Shown here: positions 24,007 through 34,073 of the stretch, one piece after another
Position numbering within the stretch: the stretch's first letter is position 1
Layout of the letters: each line of letters starts with the position of its first letter
Source: an uncultured Chthonomonadaceae bacterium
GTDB taxonomy: Bacteria > Armatimonadota > Chthonomonadetes > Chthonomonadales > Chthonomonadaceae
Reading direction: 5' to 3'
Assembly (NCBI GenBank): GCA_963817895.1
Contig: CAWFQB010000006.1
Span: forward strand, 320,001 to 384,000
DNA length: 64,000 nt
Notes under the pieces: model-generated
Databases searched by the model: none
What the model saw: only the letters and a program-made list of their open reading frames with translations
Told to the model about the DNA's origin: nothing
Position numbers and translations under genes: made by a program

Positions 24007-24291
24007 TGACAAAGTGGTTAGGCCAGGCCCTCAAATGGATAGCGCATGCTATCCATTTTGCGTTGAGGGACTCAGCAATCGCCTCCGAATCCCCTCTCAC
24101 GTCCATTCCTGATTTAAGCGGCTGTAGTTGCGCGCGGCTGTTTAGAATGGCGAACCTGGCGGAGGGAAAAGGGAGGAACGGACCGCCCCGAAGTGAAGGA
24201 TGAAGGAGGAAGGATGAAGGATGAATGGGTATTGTGCTTCATCCTTCATCCTTTGAGCGGTTACGTCTCGTCCGGGGTAGGAGAGCGATAG

Positions 24292-25596
<1,305 letters not shown>

Positions 25597-25631
25597 TTGA
25601 CCTCACTGGGCGTTCACTTGTGGACATACTG

Positions 25632-25670
25632 CCTCTCCTAGCCGCGCAACGCGCTAGGAGAGGGGCTTTT
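25632..25670 (+). terminator. REP-derived hairpin plus T-tract after purA
   Basis: CCTCTCCTAG-CCGCGCAACGCG-CTAGGAGAGG GGCTTTT; same core as the 18776 element. Confidence 0.55.
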
Positions 25671-25792
25671 CCCTCTGGCGCGACCCGCGCTTTCTGTGGA
25701 GAGTTTAGAAAATGAGGTTGACAGATGAGCCAGATTTGGGGTAGCATAAAGGAGTGTGTAGGAAGCGCGGAAATAATATTTCGGGCTGATAC

Positions 25793-25868
25793 GAGAGCAT
25801 AGCTCAGTCGGTAGAGCAACGCCCTTTTAAGGCGTGGGCCCTGGGTTCGAGTCCCAGTGCTCTCACCA
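25793..25868 (+). tRNA. tRNA-Lys (anticodon UUU)
   Basis: GAGAGCA acceptor stem, AGCTCAGTCGGTAGAGC D arm, ACGCC-CT-TTT-AA-GGCGT anticodon arm, GGTTCGAGTCC T arm, encoded CCA. Confidence 0.97.
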
Positions 25869-25879
25869 TTGGAAACAAT

Positions 25880-25917
25880 CAGGAGCGGCATCAAGTGTTT
25901 ACTTGATGCCGCTCCTG
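25880..25917. terminator. Perfect 17-bp stem-loop between tRNA-Lys and the convergent PEP-CTERM gene
   Basis: CAGGAGCGGCATCAAGT-GTTT-ACTTGATGCCGCTCCTG. Confidence 0.7.
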
Positions 25918-25950
25918 TACGTTTGGAGGCTTACTTTGCCTGGGCAGAAT

Positions 25951-26538
25951 TCAGGCGGCGTTGCGGGCCTGTTTGCGGCGGCGCAGGAAGGCGGCTCCGG
26001 CGAGGCTCAGGCCGGTTAGGAGGGCGAGAGAGCCGGGTTCGGGCACGGCGGCAGGGCGGAAACTCGTCAGTGCCAACGGATTGCCACCTCCCTCAGCGGT
26101 TGCGATTGTTTTAGGGGAAATACCGCGAGGTGCGCCGGAACCGTTATTGCCAAACAGGTTGAAGTCACCAAAGTTGGACTGGCCCACCAACTCCTGCGAG
26201 AAGTCTACCGGCCCTGGCTCCAAGCTTAAGCGATACCCCCCGCCTGAGACGCTGGAAGCGGAACCATCGAAATCCGACAGGGTGAACGTACCATTTCCCG
26301 AAGTGGCTCCCGAAATGGTGAGTGTCAGCGCCGTAATGAAGTTGCTTCCTCTCTGAAAGTTAATACCCGGATTGTTGATGAGCGACTCATCGAGGGTAAC
26401 AGTCCCGGTTCCCACAGCGGAATTGCCGTTGGGCGCTCCTGAATAGGACAGGTCGAAGGTAGCAATCTGCGCGTGAGCAGTGGAAGCGTACAGGGCAAGA
26501 CAAGCAAAGCAGGCAAGAGCGAGTTTCGCAAAACGCAT
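25951..26538 (-). CDS. PEP-CTERM sorting domain protein 1
   Basis: AAGGAG RBS, signal peptide ending AHA-Q, C-terminal AVPEPGSLALL + TM helix + RRRK. Confidence 0.92.
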   Translation of the reverse strand: MRFAKLALACFACLALYASTAHAQIATFDLSYSGAPNGNSAVGTGTVTLDESLINNPGINFQRGSNFITALTLTISGATSGNGTFTLSDFDGSASSVSGGGYRLSLEPGPVDFSQELVGQSNFGDFNLFGNNGSGAPRGISPKTIATAEGGGNPLALTSFRPAAVPEPGSLALLTGLSLAGAAFLRRRKQARNAA

Positions 26539-26619
26539 AAACAAAACTCCTTTGTGAGAAGGGATGAAAGCATACAGAAGCGGCGAGGGTATCCAAAAGA
26601 CTACCGTTACCTCTATGTA

Positions 26620-26636
26620 TTGCAAGATTCATGCCA
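26620..26636 (-). promoter_or_regulatory. sigma54 (-24/-12) promoter of PEP-CTERM gene 1
   Basis: Minus strand TGGCATGAATCTTGCAA. Confidence 0.75.
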
Positions 26637-26899
26637 AACCGCCACTTTTGCGCCCTTTGCTCAATTATTTCTGCAAAATCCCGCATTTCGCCATTGGAGA
26701 AACATTTCAGCAGACACAAACTTACGCACACATGGGACTGTACAAACATGCGGCTTGTGGCTTTGGCAGGGAAGGGGATAGACTTGCGCCTGACTTTATG
26801 GAAGCACGAAGCCCCTGCAAGTCTCGCAACTCCTCCTCGGCGTATCAAGCCGTTACTTGATGCCGTTTGAGAAGGGAAATCCACGCAAATTCGCTGTTT

Positions 26900-26968
26900 T
26901 CAGTCGGTAGAGCAACGCCCTTTTAAGGCGTGGGCCCTGGGTTCGAGTCCCAGTGCTCTCACCATTGG
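26900..26968 (+). repeat. Exact 69-bp direct repeat of the tRNA-Lys 3' part (att-like site)
   Basis: Identical to 25804-25872; lacks the tRNA 5' acceptor strand. Confidence 0.93.
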
Positions 26969-27093
26969 TTGATAAGCGTGACGGGGTAGAGTATCCAACT
27001 CTACCCCGTCATTCGTTTGGGCAGAGTTTCAGACTCTAACGGGCAACGTCTCCGCGATAAAGTACGCTTACAACCCGATTGGAGAACCAAACG

Positions 27094-27880
27094 ATGCTTC
27101 TACACGATGCCGTCGCCGATTACCTGCGCTTCCTCAAACATGAGCAGACGCGCAACGGTGACCACCTTCCGCACCTATCAAAGCGGATTGAACAGTTTCC
27201 TGCGCTGGCTGACGGAAAACGGCCATGCCAACGCTTCTGCGTTCGACTTCAACGTTTCCACCCTGCGCCGCTATCTGTACTTTCACAGTGAGCGCGGTCT
27301 GCGGCCCCGGACGCTGCGCGGCAGGTTCCATCCTATCAAGGCGCTGGCGACCTTCCTTGTCAACAACGGAGCCATGCAAGCCGACCCGACCAAAGCCATT
27401 ACCCTGCCGAAGAAAGACTTGGCGCAACGCCTGACGGTCAGCACAGAAGAAGTCTGCGCCCTGCTGGACGCCTGCGAACGGGTTGCCGACTTGCAGCGCG
27501 TGGCAATGTACCGCGTCGTTCTTTCGGTTCTCATCTTCGGCGGGCTGCGCCGTCAGGAGTGCCTTGATCTGTGCGTAGCGGATTACGACGCCGGGGAGGG
27601 TTGCTTGATTGTGCAGCATGGCAAGGGCAACAAGCGGCGAACCGTGTACCTGTGCGATCAGGCGCGGCAATCCCTTGATGAATGGGTTGTGCTGCGTCCG
27701 AAGGGCAGTTCCCTCGACTGGCTGTTCCTGCTCGACAGAAGCCGCAGGGTAGGACAGGACGCGCTTGCAAACCTGTTGGAAGAAGTAAAAGCCATTGCGG
27801 GGTTGTGGGGCGCGACGAACACGGCAGTTCTGCGATACAGCCAGAAAGCCGCCGCCCTTGACTGCATGAAGCTGCTGTAA
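27094..27880 (+). pseudogene. Tyrosine recombinase/integrase (XerC/D-like), C-terminally defective
   Basis: MLLHDAVADYLRFL (frameshift near 27150) TTFRTYQSGL...GGLRRQECLDL...VQHGKGNKRRTV; the HxxR box and LGH...Y segment are absent before the stop. Confidence 0.8.
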
Positions 27881-28005
27881 GACAAACAAAGAGGGCTTAG
27901 GAGAACGCCAATTCCCCCAAGCCCCTCCCGATTGACACCGGGAAAAGTTCAAACATGAGAAGCCTGAACTGTTCCCATTCTACCCAATGGAAGGGAACCA
28001 AAACA

Positions 28006-28371
28006 ATGCCTGCCTCGAAAATACCGCGCCCCTTGCGCCGTGCCGCCCGCTGGACCGACACGACGGCCTACGAAGTCACCGAAGCTGCAAAGATCAACAG
28101 CCTGCCCGATACGCCCCTCCCTTACGAACTGACACTTGCCGGGAGAGGCGAATACCTGCCGACACAGGGCAAGTTCAAAGAAGGAAGCCGTTCGCCTGTT
28201 CGCGCGCAGCTAATCGCTACCATCGCAAGACAGCCCGCAAGTCTCACCCCTTCCGGCCTGTACCAGAGTATCCCTGTGGACTCCGCAAAGTCCTGTGCGC
28301 GAAGGTTGACGTTCACAGGGCATAATAACGATGCGTGTAAAATAAATTACTGTATTTTCATGAAAGTATAG
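28006..28371 (+). CDS. Hypothetical protein or remnant
   Basis: ORF with an AAGGGA RBS before MPASKIPRP; no recognisable motif. Confidence 0.35.
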   Translation: MPASKIPRPLRRAARWTDTTAYEVTEAAKINSLPDTPLPYELTLAGRGEYLPTQGKFKEGSRSPVRAQLIATIARQPASLTPSGLYQSIPVDSAKSCARRLTFTGHNNDACKINYCIFMKV

Positions 28372-28385
28372 CAAAGCTAGCGGTT

Positions 28386-28402
28386 TGGCATGAATTATGC
28401 AA
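28386..28402 (+). promoter_or_regulatory. sigma54-like promoter of PEP-CTERM gene 2
   Basis: TGGCATGAATTATGCAA; shares GGTTTGGCATGAAT with the gene 1 promoter. Confidence 0.6.
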
Positions 28403-28625
28403 TATGAGTTATAAATGGCAGCTTAATCTATGCCGAAATCCTGCTGCATTTCTCTGCGCCGTGGTCTTTTCAACTTGTAGGAGTTTTGTAGGAGTGTAAT
28501 GGCTATAATGTTCATGGCAGGGACGTCACAAACGATTTGACGCGCAGGAACATCCTTTTCGGCTATCTTCTGCCCTTCCTGATTATTGTGTTCTCACGAC
28601 ATGTTTTCACAAAGGAGATTTTCTC

Positions 28626-29408
28626 ATGCGCTACGGTAAACTAACGCTTGCATTTCTGCTCCTGGGCGGCTGCCTCTCTCATGCCGCGCAAGCCCAGTTC
28701 GTCTTCCCCAATCGCACCTCATCTTTCGATGTGACCTTCTCCAGTAACGACTTCTCCAACGCCAACGCCTTTTACCAGGTGACGCAAGACGCTTACTCAA
28801 CCAGTGGCCCTGCCACAGCTCCTGGCTATGGCATCAATCTAAAATCTGACCATTCGGGCTTGGCGTGGACAGGCTACGGGGGAACTGCTGTCTCCAACAT
28901 TGCGGAGACCTCGAACTTCGCCACGTCGGATCTGACCAGTGATGGAACCGTTGGCGGTTATACATTCAACTACAACACTCCCGAAGAAACCGGTTTTAAC
29001 AACAATGGGGGGTCGTTCGGCAATACCTGGATAGTTCGTCGAAACTTCGGCGGTCTCATTGGGCTGGAGTTTCAGGGTGGGGGAAGCGGCCTTATCGATG
29101 CCAACGGCTCTTATGCGCTAGATGTGTTGATCAACGGCGATTGGTCAAATCAGGGAACCGGGCCGCTCCAGACGGAATTTATTGGCATCAATCCCGCTTG
29201 GACCGTTGATACGAATTTTGTCTTCAATGGGACCAACACAGAATTCCGCGCACATGTCAGTCCCTACAACGCGCAGGACCCTAACCTGGACTTCATTCTT
29301 CACGGTACGGTAACCGTAACCCCTGAACCCTCCACGCTCGCCTTCCTGACCTGCTCTGCCCTGACCGGAGCCGCCTTCCTGCGCCGCCGCCGCAAAACAC
29401 GCGCGTAA
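28626..29408 (+). CDS. PEP-CTERM sorting domain protein 2
   Basis: AAGGAG RBS, signal peptide AQA-Q, C-terminal VTPEPSTLAFL + TM + RRRRK. Confidence 0.92.
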   Translation: MRYGKLTLAFLLLGGCLSHAAQAQFVFPNRTSSFDVTFSSNDFSNANAFYQVTQDAYSTSGPATAPGYGINLKSDHSGLAWTGYGGTAVSNIAETSNFATSDLTSDGTVGGYTFNYNTPEETGFNNNGGSFGNTWIVRRNFGGLIGLEFQGGGSGLIDANGSYALDVLINGDWSNQGTGPLQTEFIGINPAWTVDTNFVFNGTNTEFRAHVSPYNAQDPNLDFILHGTVTVTPEPSTLAFLTCSALTGAAFLRRRRKTRA

Positions 29409-30100
29409 CGCCGCCTGAGCGTCACGCACAGCCAATGCAACAAATCAGCCACAGCACCCGTCAAGGAGTTCTGTGGCTGATGTAGCTTTGGCACATATAT
29501 CCGCCGGTACATGTACCAGTGTCAGTAAAGAAAAGCCCCGCCTGTCGCAGAAAATACATCACGCGCAAAAAGACAGGTAGGACAACAAACATGGAGTACG
29601 AAGCTAGCCAGAACAACGCCCTTGCCGCCCTGCTGCGTGACACGCCCGCCGACACGCTGGACGCCATGCGCCTGCATCTGTTCCCGCCAACATTCAGGCC
29701 ATTCTAATCCACGCCGAACCACGCAGAACATCAAACGCCCCGCTCCATGTCACCTGACGCGAAACCGGGGCATATTCGCTGCACATCATGCAGACCGATG
29801 TACACATTAATATTTTAGATGAGGAACCGTGCGCCGACTGTTCACCCGAAGAATGGCGATAAGAGGCAGCGTACAGAATCATGGTTTTCTCCAATTGGAG
29901 AAAATTTCACGCAGACGCTTTTGAGCAACACTATTCAACGCACACCCTTCCAGCTTGCGCAATATTTCCGTAGTATCTATAATGGAATTGACTTTACCTG
30001 TGGAACTGCCCGGTCAAAGTCCCGCCTTTCGCGCCATCGGCCTAGAGCTTCCAACTCTTACCCGGCGAGCGTCAAGGTCATACACCCCGAATACAGCTTT

Positions 30101-30163
30101 TCAGTCGGTAGAGCAACGCCCTATTATGGCGTGGGTTCCAGCTTCGAGTTCCGGTGTTCTCAC
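30101..30163 (+). repeat. Degenerate third copy of the tRNA-Lys 3' part (old att-like site)
   Basis: TCAGTCGGTAGAGCAACGCCCT identical to the tRNA, then diverged ATTATGGCGTGGGTTCCAGCTTCGAGTTCCGGTGTTCTCAC. Confidence 0.85.
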
Positions 30164-30245
30164 AAACAAAATATAGGGAGCGGTGTCAGGTAAAAACTTG
30201 ACTCCGCTTTTGTACGTTTGGCAGATGCGTATGTACATGCAAAGG

Positions 30246-30912
30246 TCAGGCGGCGTTGCAGGCCTGTTTGCGACGGCGCAGCAAGGCGGCTCCGACTGCG
30301 CTCATACCCATAAGAAGGGCGATACTGCCGGGTTCGGGAACGGCGGTGGGTGTCACGACGATGTTGTCAAACTGATAGTAGTTACCACCAGAGCCAAAAA
30401 TTAACGGATGTGAGATTGGTGAAATCGCTGCCGAAGGGGAGAGTTTCGAGACTGTTGTTAGTTCCATGCGTGTAGGTCTTTGTCACCGTCGCGCCACCGG
30501 CCTTGTTGCCGGTGAAAATGACTGTCGCGCCCTGAGGCACAACAGATTGCAGAAGTACGTTGGCAAGATCAACGGAATTCAGGTTAAACAAATTGCCGTT
30601 GTTTTGTGTCAGTATCTTCGCGCTTATATCTGTAACGGTATAAAGCGCCACGGAACCAGTATAGTTATAGCCGATGCTGTTACCGTTAGGGGCAACGCTC
30701 TCGAGGGGATTAGTTTTGGAGGTGTTTGTGACGGTGAAGCCATTTTGGGTAACAGAAAAGCCCTGCGAATTGTCGCCGTCACTGTTAATGGGATTAGGAA
30801 GAGAGTTGAAGTCGAGCGTCACCTGGGCGTGGGCAGGAAGGGAGAAGAGGGACAACGCGCCAAGAGCGCAGGAACCAAACGCAGCAGCAAGGCCGGAATG
30901 GCGAGAACACAT
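30246..30912 (-). CDS. PEP-CTERM sorting domain protein 3; frameshift near 30400
   Basis: Signal peptide AHA-Q in ORF 30382..30978; AVPEPGSIALL...RRRKQACNAA in ORF 30246..30467. Confidence 0.88.
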
Positions 30913-30989
30913 GAAAGTAACTCCTTTGGGAAAACAGGTGAAAGCAGAGAAGCAGTAGGGCATCCAAGAGACTACCATTACCTGTACTC

Positions 30990-31006
30990 TTGCAAGATTT
31001 ATGCCA
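30990..31006 (-). promoter_or_regulatory. sigma54 promoter of PEP-CTERM gene 3
   Basis: Minus strand TGGCATAAATCTTGCAA. Confidence 0.72.
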
Positions 31007-31084
31007 ACCGGCTACATTCACGCCAATTCCCTGTTAATTCCTGCAAAAATTCATGTTCCGCCAGTGGTTAAGAGATAATCGTCA

Positions 31085-31726
31085 CTACATTCGGAGAACG
31101 ATTGAACAATTTTCGCAAAGTTTGAGTTTCCCACGTTTACGACGGCGCAGGAGGGTGGCTCCGGTGAGGGTTAGGCCAGCGAGGAGGGCGCCAAAACCGG
31201 GTTCAGGGACTACAGCAAGGTTATCAACAAGATAACTCAAATCGTCGCCGTTTCGCTCCGCGCTGATAGTAATCGTTGCCGTGCTTGTGGGAGCCACAAA
31301 ATTCACGCTGAACGGTTTGTAGGCCGTGGAAGTGTTGTCGGCAAAAGGGCGCGCGAATTGCGAGATGAGAACCCCATTCACAGACACGCCGAAAGACAGG
31401 GCCATGAAACTTCCAAACTGAGGCTGATAACTGGCATAATCGCCTGAGAAGCGATAAGTATTGCCAACGGTGAAGCCAGACACTGTTTGAGAAAGGGTCG
31501 GGTCGGTGGCAACTTCACCAAACGCGTTGAGGCGGAAGGCTGCGCCAGGGTTGCCACCCGTGGTTTGCCGGAGGTTGTCAGCTCCGCTGGAAGTATATCC
31601 TCCGCCTGTGCCATTGCCGGGAACGTCTGTGTCGAACGTGCCGTTGACAAAAGTTTGCGCATGGGCCATTGGAGCCAGACACAAAAAACTTACCACAAGC
31701 AATGTTGTGTGGCGATTACAATTCAT
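31085..31726 (-). CDS. PEP-CTERM sorting domain protein 4
   Basis: AAGGAG RBS, signal peptide AHA-Q, VVPEPGFGALL + TM + RRRKR. Confidence 0.9.
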   Translation of the reverse strand: MNCNRHTTLLVVSFLCLAPMAHAQTFVNGTFDTDVPGNGTGGGYTSSGADNLRQTTGGNPGAAFRLNAFGEVATDPTLSQTVSGFTVGNTYRFSGDYASYQPQFGSFMALSFGVSVNGVLISQFARPFADNTSTAYKPFSVNFVAPTSTATITISAERNGDDLSYLVDNLAVVPEPGFGALLAGLTLTGATLLRRRKRGKLKLCENCSIVLRM

Positions 31727-31943
31727 AGCAGCCTCTCCTTCCAAACGAGCGCAATGCGTTTGCGGCATATTCAACCTACAGAGTTTCAGGCGCGCCTTTT
31801 TGTAGAACAACAGGCATAGAGCCACGAAAATAAGCGGTAGGTCTGTTAAAATTATGAGAATATCTCATAAAAACTACGCGAAATTAGAGATATGCGGGTA
31901 CGCTATAATCAAACTTCATGCGCATGAAGTTTCTCCTAACTTC

Positions 31944-31980
31944 GCGCCACAGGGCTTCAGGCTCCTGTGGCGCTTTTTTT
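31944..31980 (+). terminator. Rho-independent terminator-like hairpin
   Basis: GCGCCACAGG...CCTGTGGCGC followed by T7. Confidence 0.65.
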
Positions 31981-32216
31981 CTGACTTATGGGCCTTTGAA
32001 CGCGAGTTGTATGTGAAAGTGTGGCAACCATCAGAAAACGGCGCTACATCTCCTCGTTGAAGTACCGTAAATTCCGGCTGCCTCTGAACCGGCGCGATAC
32101 AATAACCATAATCCTTGCAGGATACAGCGGTTATTTAGATTTTCGGTATTCAGGTGTCAGAAACTCAGGTATTTTTTTCATGCCTCGCGAACATCTGATG
32201 CCTGTGGAGCAGGGCC

Positions 32217-33365
32217 ATGCAGTTTGTAGTGTCGAAGGATGCGCGCGAGGGGATGTGCGTTGCGGAGGATATTTGCGATCCGCAGGGGCGCGTGCTGATT
32301 GCGCGCGGACAGCGGTTGGGGATGCACCATATCATTCGTATGCGCAAGTTTCGCATCCTTTCCATCTTCATTGATCCCGCCAATGGCGAGACTTTAGTAA
32401 AGCCAACTCGCTCCGATCTGCGCGACCAGTGCCGGCAGGTCTTAGGCCAGTCTTTCGCGCAACTGCAACAGGAGTTTGCGAACAAAAAGGTGGTTCTGGA
32501 TGCCGCCGCGATCAAAATCGCGACCGACAGCCTGCTCCAGGCCCTGAGCCGCGCCAACAAGCCGCTGGTGACGCTGTGCAATGTGGCGGCCAGTTCCGAC
32601 CGTCTGATGCAGCATTCCGTCAATGTGGCCGTGCTGGGAATTGTGCTTGCCCTGGATTTGCGCGCCCCGCGCGACATGCTGCACGATCTGGCCGTAGCCG
32701 CGTTGTTTCATGACACGGGCATGATTTTTCTGCCCGACGAGTTGCAGCGCAGCGCCACACCGCCCACGCCGGAGCAATGCGCGGAAATTGAATGCCATTC
32801 TCAAATGGGCTTCGAGCATCTGGTACATTCGCAGGCGGTGAGTCAGACATCCTGCGGGCTGATTTTGCGCCACCATGAGCGGCTGGACGGCAGTGGCTAT
32901 CCACAGCATCTGCGCGGCGATAAATTGAGCCTGCTGGCCTGCATCATCGCGGTTGCGGAAACATACGATTCGCTGACGGGGGCGCGTTTCGGGATTGCGC
33001 CCGTGCTGCCGGATGCGGCCATCTCCTATATTATCAGCCATGCTGACACGCTTTTTGAGCGTCAGGTTGCGGTGGCTTTATGCAAGCGGGTCGCGCTGTA
33101 CCCGGTAGGCGCAGCGGTTCAGTTGACCACCGGGGAGTACGGCATTGTGGCCGGTTTGCTTCCCGATCAGCCGCATCGTCCTGTTGTACTGGCGCATCTG
33201 GATCGCCGTCGCCTTCCATTCAAGCAGCCGCTGATCGTAGACTTGACAGGAGATAGAGACAGAGCTATTCTGCGCTCCGCCGCAACCCTGCCGGAATTGC
33301 TTCAGGCGAAAAGCAAGGACTTTGTGCCACCCTCCGTAGACCCGCGCTATGCCAATATAGGGTAG
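32217..33365 (+). CDS. HD-GYP domain protein (c-di-GMP phosphodiesterase family)
   Basis: HSVNVA, LFHDTGM, HHERLDGSGYP, YPVGAAVQLTTGE. Confidence 0.9.
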   Translation: MQFVVSKDAREGMCVAEDICDPQGRVLIARGQRLGMHHIIRMRKFRILSIFIDPANGETLVKPTRSDLRDQCRQVLGQSFAQLQQEFANKKVVLDAAAIKIATDSLLQALSRANKPLVTLCNVAASSDRLMQHSVNVAVLGIVLALDLRAPRDMLHDLAVAALFHDTGMIFLPDELQRSATPPTPEQCAEIECHSQMGFEHLVHSQAVSQTSCGLILRHHERLDGSGYPQHLRGDKLSLLACIIAVAETYDSLTGARFGIAPVLPDAAISYIISHADTLFERQVAVALCKRVALYPVGAAVQLTTGEYGIVAGLLPDQPHRPVVLAHLDRRRLPFKQPLIVDLTGDRDRAILRSAATLPELLQAKSKDFVPPSVDPRYANIG

Positions 33366-33624
33366 CGAAGGATGAAGGCGGAAGGATGAAGGATGAAGGA
33401 TGAAGACAATGCTGTTTTATCGCTTCCTGCGCGCAAAGTTTGGGCGCATCTTTTTTGATGGCGTGTATTCGGGGAAAATATGCGGTATAATAGGTCTAAG
33501 TTCAGGACGGCGCCTGTGATTGTATCGCGCCGCCATCCCTCTTATATACCCCGGCTTTTGGCCGACGCGCATGTTGACAAAACACATACCCGTGATACGG
33601 GACATCGAAAGGAAGTAGGCACAT

Positions 33625-33834
33625 TTGGCACAAGTATCCGTGAAGCCTGGCGAAGGCATCGAAGGCGCCCTGCGCCGCTTTAAGAAGCAGACGATGGAGA
33701 GTGGCATCTTAAAGGAAGCCCGCGCCCACGAGCATTATGAGAAGCCCAGTGACAAGCGCCGCCGCGAAGCCGCCGCGCGCCTGCGCAAAATCGCCAAGGC
33801 CAAGCGCCAGGCGGAAGGCCGCGAAATGCGTTGA
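33625..33834 (+). CDS. rpsU: 30S ribosomal protein S21
   Basis: VSVKPGEGIEGALRRFKK...HEHYEKPSDKRRR. Confidence 0.95.
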   Translation: MAQVSVKPGEGIEGALRRFKKQTMESGILKEARAHEHYEKPSDKRRREAAARLRKIAKAKRQAEGREMR

Positions 33835-33877
33835 TCGTTCGCGCGTGAACTGCCTCAACCCAAAAGTAGTGAAACAT

Positions 33878-33912
33878 AAAGGAGCGTACCTGTTGTCAGG
33901 TGCGCTCCTTTT
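33878..33912 (+). terminator. Rho-independent terminator after rpsU
   Basis: AAAGGAGCGTACCTG-TTGT-CAGGTGCGCTCCTTTT. Confidence 0.8.
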
Positions 33913-33938
33913 CATCTCCGCTATACAAATATACGTCC

Positions 33939-34059
33939 GTATGGACACAACTTGTTGTGTCCGCATGAGCGGCGTATGTCCGCGTTGGCAGTGTGTCCGC
34001 ATGGGCGGCGTGTCCGCGTAATTGTTCATGGAGGAGGGCATGACATGTTATGCCCCTAC
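33939..34059. repeat. Decayed GTAG-type REP doublet related to 21679-21804
   Basis: GTATGGACACAACTTGTTGTGTCC ... GGGCATGACATGTTATGCCCCTAC with internal TGTCCGC repeats. Confidence 0.7.
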
Positions 34060-34073
34060 GCCATTGTTTTTCG

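Noticed and set aside
26900..26968. Second functional tRNA-Lys gene
   Set aside because: It lacks the first 11 nt including the 5' acceptor strand; it is an att-like duplication.
30101..30163. tRNA with an altered anticodon
   Set aside because: No 5' acceptor strand, a disrupted T arm and no CCA; a decayed att copy.
33368..33405. GAAGGAT heptamer run (also 24195-24253; TTGGTAT near 36010) as a distinct system
   Set aside because: Short tandem heptamers are common intergenic repeats; only the cases entering coding sequence were reported.
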